Shown here piece by piece: positions 49,529 through 62,380 of a stretch of 64,000 nt of DNA. This DNA is from Negaprion brevirostris. Lineage: Eukaryota. Every line of letters starts with the position of its first letter. Within the stretch, counting starts at the first letter, position 1. Below the pieces are notes generated by a model. It made no database searches, was not told where the DNA came from, and saw nothing but the letters and a program-made list of their open reading frames with translations. The stretch covers positions 62,401,990 to 62,465,989 of the forward strand of contig JARDVH010000042.1 in NCBI GenBank assembly GCA_030324005.1. The letters run 5' to 3'. Both the position numbers and the translations under genes were made by a program.

Positions 49529-50606
49529 CATGCTGCTGATAATTTAGTAAAATAGCCCCTTTTTTTGGGAAGAGTTTACTTGTTTGTAAACCTTCAACAA
49601 TGGACCACACCACATTGGCTATCTGGATGAGAGTTTTAAGAATCCTTGTCTACCTCGCGAAAGTGAGTGACTTTTTGAGTAAGTTTTTTTTCCCCAGTTT
49701 ACGGTGTGCCTTGAATTCAGCACTTGCTCTTGACTATATAGACAAGAGTGTTCAAAGTATTTGAAATCATCCTTACCAACCGACTTGCCCTCGTACGTGG
49801 CTTTGTATTCGAGGAGGGATGTCGAGTGGTGTTGACAGCATTTTTGCCGGAATTTATGAGTTTGTCACTTAAAAGTGGCTCGTATAAATGACTTTTTTTT
49901 CCCCTTGCTGCAGCCTGCTGTAAATGACAGGAGGATTGGTAAAACACACATTTCACTGCGTTTACGCAAAGAGAGCTGAACAAGAGCAAACATGGTGGAG
50001 TGGGTGGTCCAGTGGTTAAAAGGGTCCCTTAACGGGAAATTTCAAGCTGGGAAAGCAACACATAATAAAGAATGCAGTAGGATCCTGATTAGATTAACTG
50101 AAGCGTGAGCTTTCCTGATGTCTCAGCAAGTTTATCCAGACCATAACTGAACCATAGCAGTCCTATGCAGAATTGGAAGATCTTCGCTTTGAACTGCCAG
50201 GGTGGCAGCAGAAACACTGTCCAAGAAAATCTCATTGCCCTTGATTTTTGAAAGTCATCTAGATTTCCTGCTCCCGATAATCACGCAACAACAAATGCCG
50301 ATAGCAAGGCTGCATTGATGTCAGTAAGCACTCGATCAAAGGATAAATCCTGACAGCTTGGTCGACTGTTTCACTGAATGGATTACCTGCCCAGTTTTCA
50401 TTCATTTTATTTCAACGGGGTGAAAATCAGATGGACTCCACAACGAGTGGGAAATCTGCACTGGCGGCCCACCGCCAAGTCCAGGAAGATAAATGTTACC
50501 GCTGCCGTCTGAGTTAAATAGCTCGCCAACATTCTGTGTTGGGACCCAGATATGAATCATGCCCACTCAGGCGAAGAGCGGAGAATTTTTAAAAGAAATT
50601 TGCATC

Positions 50607-50930
50607 CATAAAATCGTATAATCCCTACAGTGCAGAAGGAGGCCATTCACCCATTGAGTCTGCACCAATCACAATCCCACCCAGGCTCTATTCCCATAAC
50701 CCCACACACTTACCCTGCTAATCCTCCTGACACTAGGGTCAATTTAGGGTAACCGATCAACTTAACCCGCACATCTTTGGGACTGTGGGAGGAAACCAGA
50801 GCACCTGGAGGAAACCCGTGCAGACACGGGGAGAATGTGCAGACTCGACACAGTCAGTGATCCAAGCTGGGAATCAAGCCCAGGTCCCTGGCACTGTGAG
50901 CAGCAGTGCTAACCACTGTGCCACTGTGCC
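50607..50930 (-). mobile_element. V-SINE (HE1-like), full length
   Basis: Matches the 20908 copy end to end. Confidence 0.9.
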
Positions 50931-51410
50931 TTCCAAAGCTCAATTGAGGTTTGCATTCATCAGCAACATAGAGATTCAAAACCCAATATTTTACTTAACA
51001 AAAACCTACATGCCCAATTTCAGAACTTGTGGACTTTTGCAAAGCAAATAATCTATTGTTCAGATTATAAATGCAAGCATTCTGTTTTTTTTTAACTGTC
51101 TGGTTATTGAAAGTGTCTTCTTTTGATTATAAGTCTTCTTAAAACATTCCTAGGGGAAATTTGCTGATTGTGTAAAATTAATGATATTGGGTCAGCCATG
51201 TTTCGACTATCTCACTTAGTTTTCCTTAAGCAAAGTTTGGAAATCTGTACGGTCGGCAACCAATCCAATGCCACTTGTTTTACAATATCACCAAAATCAA
51301 TATTACTCCCAACTCCTTTGTTAATCCAATGTCATTAATTCTGTACTCACATTCACTTTTTTCAATCTATATCAATATTAAATTTAATTTGTGACATGAC
51401 TGTACAGATG

Positions 51411-51645
51411 GGGAGGCAATGGGCTAGAGGTAATATCGCTAGCCCATTAATCCAAAAGCTCAGCTAATGTTCTGGTGGACCTGTGTTCAAATCCCACCAC
51501 AGCAGATGGTGGAGTTTGAATGCAATAAAAAAAATCTAGCACTAAGAATCTGTAGGTGACCATGAAACCATTGTTGATTGTCAGAAAAACCCATCTGGTT
51601 CACTAATGTCCTTTAGGGAAGGAAATTTGCCTTCCTTATGTGGTG
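51411..51645 (+). mobile_element. Second tRNA-derived SINE family (runs into gap)
   Basis: B-box gttcaaatccc near 51486 and core cccatctggttcactaatgtcctttagggaaggaaa. Confidence 0.7.
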
Positions 51646-51745
51646 NNNNNNNNNNNNNNNNNNNNNNNNNNNNNNNNNNNNNNNNNNNNNNNNNNNNNNN
51701 NNNNNNNNNNNNNNNNNNNNNNNNNNNNNNNNNNNNNNNNNNNNN

Positions 51746-51805
51746 CCGGAACTGAATCCAGTTCCCTGGTGGGTGCTGTGAGGCAGCAGTGCTCACCGTT
51801 GTGCC
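51746..51805 (-). mobile_element. V-SINE head emerging from gap
   Basis: gctgtgaggcagcagtgctcaccgttgtgcca. Confidence 0.65.
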
Positions 51806-52944
51806 AGTGTCTGCAAGGCTTCCCATGGAAGAAATGTGCATTAATCATAAGACATTGATCCCAGGGATCTTTAACTAATTTTGATCTTGAGAAGGGTCTG
51901 CTTTGATGTGGACTTGTACCAATGGCAGTAAAGAGTAAGCACGGACATACATTTAGGGTTTGTTTGGCACACCGAGACACACTACAGCAGAAAATGACTT
52001 TCAAGTATGAGCCTGCTGGCTCATATACAGGAACAAGTTGAATAATAAAGTGGCTGTTTTACTCCTCAGCACCTTGTGTAACAATAATGTTCTGTTCTAT
52101 TGATATTTGAGTCCATTACAATTGCTGCTTCCAGTGTTGCTATTGCCGGTGTTGTCATGGCAGCGCCATGAGCAATATTGTCAAATTGTCGTACAGTATT
52201 TACTTGCATATTCAGATACTGCTTTTCCATTGATGGAGGGCAGTAACATTGAAATGCTGAGCCTGCAACTGGGGACATAATAACACAACACTGTGAGGAT
52301 ATATGTAGTCATTGTTCTGAAAATTGTAAGCCATCATAATCATTGCTTTTGTGTTAAATCAGCAGGAAAGCCGCTTATAGATATTTTCTGACTGGAGCTC
52401 TTATTAGATCACCGGCTAAATCTAAAAGCGGCAAGTGAGATTCACTGCCCTTTTATCAATGGGAATCTTGGGCTCCTGGATGTCCTTGGGAACAACCCAG
52501 GGAGTGAGCAAATGGGGGAGAGAGAGGTTTTGAGTATTGCTGCCTTGGGAACATTCTCTATAGTTACATGTAAGAAAGAGCGGTGGATACCGTGTAAAAA
52601 GAAAAGTATTGCAGATGTTGGAAATTGAAACATAAGTGGAGAATGTTGGCAACAATTGCAGCATGTCAGCAGCTGTGGGAGAGCAGGCAAGCTTCTGGTC
52701 AACTGGAAAAGGAGAGGTGGACAGGCAGGCATTATGGCAATTGGAAAAGAGAGAATCAACAGTGGAATGATGTTGATACAGTGCGGTGATTAGTGCAACA
52801 TGCTGAATATACTAAATCTTACATTCTGTAACAGAAAAATGCCTTTTTCCTCTTTATGTTATAATATTCCAAACCATTTTGCGACATTAACAAAGCAATG
52901 GTCCTTTTATTGAAACGTAAAAGACTCCGAGGGGACCTTCCAGG

Positions 52945-53560
52945 GTAAATGTTGATCCCTTGTGGGAGAAACTAGAATTAAGGGACACTGTTTAACAATA
53001 AGGGGGCTCCCATTTAAGATGGAAATGAGAATTTTTGTCCCTCTGAGGGTTGTTAGTCTGTGAAATCTTCTTTCCTCAGAGAACAATGAATGCAGGGTCA
53101 TTGAATGCTTTTCAGGTTTGAGTTGGAGTCAAAAAATAAAGTGGGCAGACAGGAAAGTAGAGTCTGCAATCAGATCATAGAATCCCTGCACTGTAGAAAG
53201 AGGCCATTCAGCCCATCGAGCCTGCACTGATAACAATCCCACCCAGGCTTCATCCCCATAGCTCCATGTATTTACCCTGCTAATCCTGCAGACACTAAGG
53301 GTCAATTTAGCGTGGCCAATCAACCTAACAACCAGCACATCTTTGGAGTGTGGGAGGAAACCAGGGGAAACCCCACGCAGACACAGGGAGAAGGTGCATA
53401 CTCCACACAGGCAGTCACCTGAGGTCGGAATCAAACCCGGGCCCCTGGCGCTGTGGGGCAGCAGTGCTAACCACTGTGCCACCGTGCCGCCCAACCATGA
53501 TCTTATCATACGGCAGAGCAAACTCGAGGGGCCGAATAGCCGACTCACACTCCATATGTC
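52945..53560 (+). mobile_element. CR1 LINE 3' fragment split by a V-SINE
   Basis: ...gcaatcagatca | SINE | accatgatcttatc...gaggggccgaatagccgactc continues the CR1 3' UTR. Confidence 0.75.
53174..53492 (-). mobile_element. V-SINE (HE1-like), full length
   Basis: Complete head, core and tail. Confidence 0.9.
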
Positions 53561-54699
53561 CCGTCTGGTGTAAATGGTAAATTGGTGAAATATCTGTTGG
53601 ATAATTCATGCCAAATAGGAATTATGAACTTCTTTTTGACTGCAAATTTATAAAATCTAATTGTCCATAATTTTAGTTTGTTTCAAACCAAAACGCAAAG
53701 AATAATTTGGCAGAAGGCCAGTTTCAGGGNNNNNNNNNNNNNNNNNNNNNNNNNNNNNNNNNNNNNNNNNNNNNNNNNNNNNNNNNNNNNNNNNNNNNNN
53801 NNNNNNNNNNNNNNNNNNNNNNNNNNNNNNNNNNNNNNNNNNNNNNNNNNNNNNNNNNNNNNNNNNNNNNNNNNNNNNNNNNNNNNNNNNNNNNNNNNNN
53901 NNNNNNNNNNNNNNNGAAGTGATTTTAATTAGTACGGTATAAAGTCCATGAGATCCGCTTGCCTCTAAACAGCTTGTGTCGGAGCTGACTTTACCCACAC
54001 ACCACTTGCTGATGGCGTCAAATAAGCGCTTAGCAGTTCATTAATCCTGAGAGACTACACCACGTGAACAAGAGACACACTATTTATATCATACTTTATT
54101 AACTGTACATTTGCCTCAAGAATTTCTGACGGAAGATTTGTCTTTTTTTCTTTCAAATCTACCCTTTTTCACATTGCTGAGTTGGGAGTGAATTGGGAGC
54201 GACAACATGGCCCAGCCAGTGCAGGTGGCAAAGGGAGGCTGTACTCGGTTCATTTTTGGTACTTGAGAGTAATTTTATTGTTCAGTACGTACCGTTATTT
54301 GTGACCTTTTATTGTAACAAATGATGTTGCTACATTTTGTTGCTTTCACCAAAAGGGCGCATGCAGTTAATATTGCACATCGATTTTGTGAACAGAATTG
54401 GGGTTTTTTTTGGTTATAGCTAGCGGTCCTGATAAATTACAGTTCATTTTTTATAGAATCGCAGAATCATAGAAGTTCACCNNNNNNNNNNNNNNNNNNN
54501 NNNNNNNNNNNNNNNNNNNNNNNNNNNNNNNNNNNNNNNNNNNNNNNNNNNNNNNNNNNNNNNNNNNNNNNNNNNNNNNNNTTTATAGAATCGCAGAATC
54601 ATAGACGTTCACCACATCAAATTGTTAACAGAATCACACATATTGGGATGGTATTGGAGGTGACAAGGGGCTGGGACAGAGCCCTGCATCACCTGTTTT

Positions 54700-55330
54700 T
54701 GGGGAAGTCCCTTCAAATTAAGTGCCCAATCAGGCATTTAACTCAGCAGCGGTGGGCGGGGTCCTCCTTGGGGTCATGGACATGGGGTGGAAGGCCCACT
54801 GACCAAGAGATACCCCTGCTGACCAATTAGAGGCTAGCAGCTCATCAATTGGCAGTGCCACTGGAGAGATGGTGCCCATCCCAAGGATTACCAGTCGCAA
54901 CCGAGAGATGGGGGGAGGGTCGGCAGCCATGACGTGCTGGATCTCAGCTGGCTCCCCACTTTCCGATGCCAGATCCCTCAATCAGGCAGTGCATGCCTTT
55001 GAAGGAGGAACTGCCCCCCCCAACCCCCAACCAAAGACTGCACAAAAAAAATGGCAGGACTTGCTTTTTGGGTGTCCCACCTGGTAAAACCTCATCTGCC
55101 AATGGGTGAATGCCAGTAGCAGTGGAATGAGTCCCCTATGTGAGCATTAATAGTCCACATCAGGGCCTCAAATGGTGGCAGGGTAGGAAGGCCAGCCATG
55201 GGCCCTCCTGCCACAGACCTCATTGGACCAGCGGCAGTAAGGGGGTGGGATTCCCATCTGCCACCTTCCCACCTGATTAAATTCCTCCATGCCACCAAAT
55301 TCACCAAAGGGGAGGGCATTTAATTCCACT
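54700..55330. mobile_element. GC-rich repeat, inverted relative to the 56948 copy
   Basis: Reverse complement of 55100-55330 aligns by eye with 56948-57165. Confidence 0.6.
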
Positions 55331-55718
55331 CATAATTCCCTCTTTAATGGACTCTATTTTAATGGTCTAAATTTTGCTCCTAAACCGCCTGTCCTTCTGG
55401 CCAAAAACACAAAATGCTGGACAGACTCAGTGAGTGGGATTTTCCGGCCCTTCCCATTGGTGGAATCTGCCAGTCCTTCCGGAGGCGAGGCCCCCCCCCC
55501 CCCACCTCCCCAAAAAGCGGAAACGCTGGCGGGGTGACAGGCAAGTCCCCCTGTAGATAACATAGGGACTAGAGGCTCTTGCTGATGGCCAANNNNNNNN
55601 NNNNNNNNNNNNNNNNNNNNNNNNNNNNNNNNNNNNNNNNNNNNNNNNNNNNNNNNNNNNNNNNNNNNNNNNNNNNNNNNNNNNNNNNNNNNNNNNNNNN
55701 NNNNNNNNNNNNNNNNNN

Positions 55719-55879
55719 GCAAGGATAGATACATTTTTGAACAGTAAAGAAATTAAGGGTTATGGTGAGCGGGTGGGTAAGTGGAGCTGAGTCCATGGGA
55801 AGATCAATCATGATCTTACAGCGGAGCGGGCTTGAGAGGCCAGACGGCCTACTCCTGCTCCTAGTCCTTATGTTCTTAT
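55719..55879 (+). mobile_element. CR1 LINE 3' end
   Basis: gcggagcgggcttgagaggccagacggcctactcctgctcctagtccttatgttcttat. Confidence 0.8.
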
Positions 55880-56039
55880 ATTTTTGGCTTCTGTTTCAGA
55901 TTTCCAGCATCAGCAGTAATTTTGCTTTCATTTTAGTGTCTTTCTATCCAGCTGTACATAAAAGCTCCCGTGACATTATTCAGAGAATTACAGGGTGGTT
56001 CTCTTGGGCACCATTTACCATTCAGTCAACACCATCAAC

Positions 56040-56175
56040 ACGTTACTTATTCATCTGTTTTATCACTATTTATGGTACCTTGCTGTGTGTAAATTGGCTG
56101 CTATGTTTGCCTAGGTAACCATAACTACCCTGGAAAAGTAATTGATCAGCTGTAAAAGATTCTGGGATGTTATAA
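56040..56175 (+). mobile_element. DeuSINE relic
   Basis: ccttgctgtgtgtaaattggctgctatgtttgccta resembles the Deu-domain core. Confidence 0.55.
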
Positions 56176-56506
56176 AAACTTCCAGGCTGGGGAGCCACAT
56201 TCCTCAAGGAATCAGTGCAACAGATTGGCAGTACAGTTTAACATTATGGACAGCCCTCAGGCTTCTGCTGAGAAACAACATTGATCCAAAAGTTAATGTG
56301 GCCTTGCACATCTCCTGAATTTTCTTTCCTTTGCACCATTTTTATTCAGGCTTACTTCTACTGATACACTTGTAATTTATAAACATATTTTATCCATTGT
56401 CTCACTTTGGGTCCAAATGTGGATGGCAGATAAGATGTTGTGGTACTAGGGTGAGTAAGACAGACAGAGTGTTTGGAGGACATACTCTTAACCCAACAAG
56501 AGCATT

Positions 56507-56809
56507 TCATAAAATCATGGAATCCCTACAGAGCAGAAGGAGGCCATTCGGCCCATCGAACCTACACCGATAACAACAATCCCACCCAGGCCCTACACTT
56601 GTAACCCCACTAATCCCCCCCAACGCTAAGAGGCAATTGAACATGGCCAATCAACCTACCCCACACATCTTTGGACTGTGGGATGAAACCGGAGCACTCA
56701 GAGGAAACCCACGCAGACATGGGGAGAATGTGCGGACTCTACACAGACAGTGACCCGAGGCCAGGAATTGAGCCTAGCGCTGTGAGGCAGCAGTGCCACC
56801 GTGCCGCCC
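56507..56809 (-). mobile_element. V-SINE (HE1-like)
   Basis: Tail, core and internally deleted head. Confidence 0.9.
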
Positions 56810-56947
56810 TGAATTGATTCAGATTGACAGAGAAACTATTGATTTTCTTTCTCACTTGACCTGATACGAACTGTATCTCATCAGCAAATGTGAAAAGTTT
56901 TGGACCTCATTGTATTGAAATGCATTGAAAGCAGTTACTTTGATGTA

Positions 56948-57380
56948 GGGGGGAATCTTGTGCCTTCCCTTTGGTGTCTTTCGTGGCTGGGAGCATTTAA
57001 TTGGGTGGGAGGTGATGGGTGGGGACTGCACCACCTTCCCACCTCTACCCAAGCTAAGTCTATGGCAGGAAGGCCTTTGGATAGGCTCCCTACCCCACTA
57101 TCAACTCAGGCATTTTTGGGCAATTGGTGCCCACCTACAGGCCTCATCCCACCACTGCTGGTAGGGTGGGGCTGGGGTGGGGGGGGTCACCATGGGTTGT
57201 TAGCTTGCTGGCTCCCGGAGGTGGGGATGCCCCTCCACCGATTGCCTGATTGAGGAACCCAGCATCAGGAAGACAGGGTGATCTTTCAGAGAGCAATCTC
57301 GTTGTCCTTGCTGCCAACCCTCTCAAACCTCCTCCCTCACGACAGCACCTTGTGACTCCTCTCCTCCCATTACTCACCTA
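56948..57380. mobile_element. GC-rich repeat, inverted relative to the 54700 copy
   Basis: tgccttccctttggtg...atttaattgggtgggaggtg versus the reverse complement of 55260-55320. Confidence 0.6.
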
Positions 57381-57944
57381 TGCACAATCGTTCACACACA
57401 ATCCTAGTTGTAAAGCAGACCTGAGTGTGGTACTCTGTGCCATGTATGAGAAAAATAATCTCATGCAATTCTCTCGCGCTCACTCGATTTCAATGAGTGA
57501 CAGTAACCTTTGCAAAATCTCTTTACCCATGCCCACAACTAGAAACTGCAGTCAGATTTTATCCTTGTGGACAAAACTGCGAAAATAAACCAGCTCGGCT
57601 CCCCAGCCCTAACTTCAATAAATAATATGCTGCCATTTCTGTCAAAAAAAATCTCAAAGAAACAGCCCACAAATAATGCTGCCTCCAAATTCTCTGCAGG
57701 ATTTTGTACTATGGGATGAGGCATTAATTGAAGACTTAAATGCCTGAGTTGACAATGGGGCAGATAAACTCTCCACAGGCATTCTTGCCATCAACTTAAC
57801 TGTGGTAGAGGTGGGAAGGTGGTGCAGACACTCAGGGCTTTGAATACTCCATGTCCAGCACTAGTGCTTACGGTGCTGATATTCTCTGGTGAATCTCAGT
57901 AGTACCCTGAGTAGGCCTGTGGTTAGTACCCTGAGTAGGCCTCA

Positions 57945-57994
57945 GTTGGACTTTAACCTGGTGTTGTGAGACTTCTTACTGTGTTTACTCCAGT
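57945..57994 (+). mobile_element. Penelope-like arm fragment before gap
   Basis: gttggactttaacctggtgttgtgagacttcttactgtg is near-identical to 26005-26043. Confidence 0.75.
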
Positions 57995-59384
57995 NNNNNN
58001 NNNNNNNNNNNNNNNNNNNNNNNNNNNNNNNNNNNNNNNNNNNNNNNNNNNNNNNTCATTTGAGCACTCACTCATCATTTTGCCCCTCTCCCTGCCATTT
58101 TGGGGCCACGTCTTTGTTGCCAATCTGCCCCTGCTCCTGGACCCCTTGATCCATGAGGAAGGCCCTCGCCAGTGTGTTACACGCCTAAGTGATGCACAGT
58201 GCAGTGAGCTATCTCGGAAAGCGGTGATCCTGGGGAAGGGATTGGGGGGTTGGGGTGGGGGGGCAGGGGCAGTGTGGTGATTCACTGACTCTCCAACTGG
58301 CAGCTGAGACCCCTGTCCCCTCCACACGATTTCACAGTCTATTGTCTGAAGCATTTTGATGAGTTCAGGATTTGGTAACAACTTTAAATCAACATTAGTA
58401 TATTGTCCAAATAAAGAATGTTCACAATCAAAGGGCCGGCACAACTCATTCTTGTTCCTAATTGGAGGTACCTTGTGTGGTATTGAACTGAAATGAATTC
58501 AGTTTATGTTGGCATTGGAGACACCAAACGGAAATTTACAGTCATTTTCAAGTGGGATTGCCTCAGGGCTGCTCCAGTTTTACACCCATTATGGTATAAT
58601 CGCTTTCTGCTCTGTTGGTTTTGAAGGTCCTTCTTGCAACTGCTCCTGGAGAACATCTGCAAATTTGTTTAAGAAGTGACAACGTCTGTTCCAAAGCGCA
58701 GTGTCTGAGTGGAGCTCATGTGCTGCCGATGTCAGCCTCCACTTGCTAACAGTGTTGAACCGAGCTGTTCATTAAATTCACAACATCCGCAGAAAAGATC
58801 AGCTGTCTGAAACTTGCTGAGTTTCACTCGGTGTGGATCAGTTTGGGAGTCTTTTTGTGTCCACTGGTTGCAGCTTGGTGTTCATCATTTCTCTCAGCCT
58901 CATTGGCACTTGGAGCATATTCAGTTGTAGCTCGTCAGACATCCCCATAACCACCAGCACCGCACCCACCGCCCCCCCCCCCCCCATTCAACTGATGGCT
59001 TGAATGTGAGTGACGGTTCAAAAGACAGGCTGCTCTGTCTCGGGGATTTAACAGATGGAAGCTCTGGTTCTATGGACCAGCTGAATTCCGCTAATCTGTT
59101 TAAATACCCCATCAGCCTTATCCATTCTTCAAGGAGGATAATACGGGGTATTGCAAAAGCCACAAATCAAATTGTATTTTTAAAACAGAAATACATGCTC
59201 CATCCGGTAAGTGTGCTTGAAAATGAACCGAGTCCATGAAGTTTGGATTGCTGAAACCATTCAGCCTTCCTGATGGCAAGCAGGAATGGAGAAATTCGAC
59301 GATTCCACTGAAGCAGAAAGATCTTGGATTCATTTCAACCTCAGTACTTGATGGCAACTTTGAAATGACGTCCGCTCAGTTTTC

Positions 59385-59800
59385 AAGAACGTGGGATGTG
59401 ATGGTCGCTGGCTCGGTCTGCATTTATTACCCATCCCTCTTTAGAAGGCCGTGCTGAGCTGCCTGGTGGAATTGTGCCATGCGGTGTAGGCAAACCCACA
59501 CTGCTGTGAGGAAAGCATTCCAGTGTTTTAACCCAACAACAATGAAGGAATGGCGATATAGAGTCTTAGAGCATGGAAACAGGCCCTTCAGCCCAACCAG
59601 TCCATGCTGACTATGGTGCCCTCCCAGTTCTTCCCAATTGCCCGTGTTTGGCCCAAGTACATTTCCAAGTCACGATGGTGCGTGACTTGGAGGGGAACTT
59701 GCAGATAATAAATGGTGTCTCTATGCATCTGTGCCCTTGTCCGACTAGCTGGTAGTGTTTGCAAAGTCTTGGAAATGGTGCTGTAAATGATGCCAGTGAT
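59385..59800 (-). mobile_element. LINE 3' fragment (same family as 28670) with a nested CR1 tail at ~59559-59660
   Basis: Host reads ...gaaggaatggcgatat | insertion | atttccaagtcacgatgg, matching the reverse complement of 28948-28980. Confidence 0.7.
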
Positions 59801-60599
59801 CATACAGCCCTGAATGTAATGGCGGTTTATTTTTTGTCCTGATATTTGAGACATTGTGCACACACGCTGTAGCACTCACCACAGGATACGGCTTTTTTGA
59901 CTTGCATGCCAAGATAAACAAAAGTTTGCTTCAGTTGAGCAGGAATTGGTACACCATTCTTTATGGGCGGCTGTAGCACAGTCATTTAATGTTTAACAGA
60001 CAGTCTGAAAGCTGGGATCAAATTGGCATGCAGATTCCCTCTTTTGCCTCCCAGTGATTGCATGGATTCAGTGGCTGACAAGTTTGCTGAAATGAGCTGT
60101 CATGTCTTATCGGAGGACTTGGTCATAACAAATGGAGCAGGTGTGACAGGCACTGAAATAAGGCTGGATGTGAATCATCAGCTGCCTTCAGTTTATTGCA
60201 GGCAGCATCTGTGCCCTATTCAAATACTGATTACTGCTTCAGAACGGGATATTCAAATATTTTACATTTAGTTTTACTTTAGCATATAGTTTCTTCATTG
60301 ATTTTTGTTTTAATAAGGCTGGAGTAAAATAAATATTAAATTTTTCTTTGAAGCATTCAAGAGGTGTTCATTGGCTCCCTCCACTCCTCCCCACCGGCCT
60401 TCCTTCAATTTTTTGCTCTTTCTTACTTCTCCAAAGACAAGTGCCGAAAACTTCCGTCCTCATTAGCGGTTAGGATTCTCCGGTATTCCTGAGTGTGAAT
60501 GGAGTTCTGGCTGGAATGCCAGATTCCCCGTTCTCACTTGCAGCAGGATGGCCACAGATGAGATTGGAGAATGCTGCCCATCTTCACTGGGTTACGGTT

Positions 60600-60840
60600 C
60601 CACAGGTACCCATGGCCTGTCAGGTCCGGACAACCACTATCTGTGTCTGAGCTTTTGTGAGTGAATACTGGGAGGCTATCTGACAATTGACCGTGATCCT
60701 GTGCTTGTACGCTTGCTGGATAGTGTAGCAATCAGGAGCAGAAGCAACGGTCAATGTTTCCTTCAAATGCTGGGGTGCTGTGACCAATTGTACTGCCTCA
60801 AGTCAGCTAATCCAACACAGGCTTGAGATTGAACACAAAA
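60600..60840 (-). mobile_element. Old SINE-like repeat (same family as 21645)
   Basis: atcaggagcagaagca and gtcagctaatccaacacagg motifs. Confidence 0.4.
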
Positions 60841-62039
60841 CACTCCTAATATTTTGTCCTGATGTATTGTGAAAGCCACATCCAGTAATACTTTAATTTC
60901 TGTTCCTCTACAAACAAATATGTTTTATTATCAGAAACCAATCCCATCAGTTGACCTCTCAGTCTGTTTTCTCTACTTTATGGCGGTCCCATTTGGTAAA
61001 ACTTTGTGTCCATGGAGGTGTAAACTGGATTAAATTTCCCATTGCTTTTGAAAGCAATTTATTGTTGAGCTTTTTAGCTTACCTTGTTAATTAGCATTGC
61101 TGGGGATTGACGTACACTTGTCTCTCAGCGCTATTGTTCAAGTGTTCTTCTCACTCTGAAACTGCTAATCCACCTGTCTTAGGTATGGAAGTGAACATAT
61201 TGCATTGCAAGCTTTTTTGTTAATTACTGATGTTTCAGTCTGGTCTTGCTTCTTTGTTTATGTAAAAAAAGCTGGAGAGAAGAATTTAAAATGAAATGTT
61301 TCACGGTGATATTTACTACTTCAAGATGATACCAGTTTTACCACAATATTGTCTAATTAACAGTTTGTGGTACACGGCAATAAATATCATTTTGGACCTG
61401 GTCTTTATATGCTGAAACCTATATAATATAAAAATTCCTTCCCTTTTCAAGAATGCCGTGGTTTTGAAAATCTAAGGTTAATCAGCGTGAGGAAGAATAG
61501 AGAGGGGAAAAAAACGAACAAAAGAAGCTTACTGGCCAAATTGGCCTGCGTAAAGAGGCTGTAAAAGCTGTCACAAGCCTGATTGATCTGCTCTCACACT
61601 GCAGTCCCTAGTGCAAGGCAATAATGTTCTTGCCTCTTCTGAAAGGGCTTGATGTGCCATCAGGGTTTAGCTTATCAACTGTAGGGCCAACGTTTGAGAT
61701 GAGGGCAAAGTGTAATCAATAATTTATACAGAAATCTTGCTTTACTCTTGGATGCTCTTCACATGGTTGAGTTTTATATATAAATTACTGTTGCCAGTGG
61801 CAAAGCAACCTGTCTATCAGTTAAGTGTCTTTATGTAGATACTGTTATTAGATAATGGAATTACCTGAATTGGCTAGGTGTTCATCTAAACAAAAATATG
61901 AATTCTGTGATACTCTGAAAAGACAACTTTTCCTTCTAGTTACCAGCATTGGGAAACACCAAAGAAACTGAAAATACATGAACTGTGTGATCCTGTAGTA
62001 CACATAATACACAGGGAATGATTCCTGTGTCAATTTATT

Positions 62040-62380
62040 ATCCTATCCATTGGCTCTGTCTACAATTCCCGCTGCCTCAGCAAAGCAACCAGCATAATCA
62101 AGGACCCCACGCACCCCAGACATTCTCTCTTCCACTTTCTTCAATCGGGAAAAAGATAAGAAAGTCTGAGATCACATTCCAACCAAGTGAAGAACAGCTT
62201 CTTCCCTTCTACGATCAGACTTTTGAATGGACCTATCTCACATTAAGTTGATCTTTCTCTACACCCTAGCTATGACTGTGACACTACATTCTGCACTCTC
62301 TCCTTTCCTTCTTTAATATGGTATGCCTTGTCTATATAGCACGCAAGAAACAACACTTTTCACTGTATACTAATACATGT
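62040..62380 (+). mobile_element. Rex1/Babar-type LINE 3' fragment
   Basis: Reverse complement of 18845-19185. Confidence 0.85.

Noticed and set aside
48899-49531. 210-aa minus-strand ORF
   Set aside because: Lies in a GC-rich repeat, has no recognisable domain or transposase motif, and reflects low stop-codon density.
54452-54612. Direct repeat tttatagaatcgcagaatcataga..gttcacc on both sides of a 100-N gap (similar aatatatagagtagg around 44730-44829)
   Set aside because: Typical overlapping contig ends, so an assembly artefact rather than a biological repeat or CRISPR-like array.
61668-61681. tagcttatcaactg resembles the 5' end of miR-21
   Set aside because: Only the first 10 nt match exactly, no convincing precursor hairpin, and miR-21 is linked to VMP1 rather than ZNF608.
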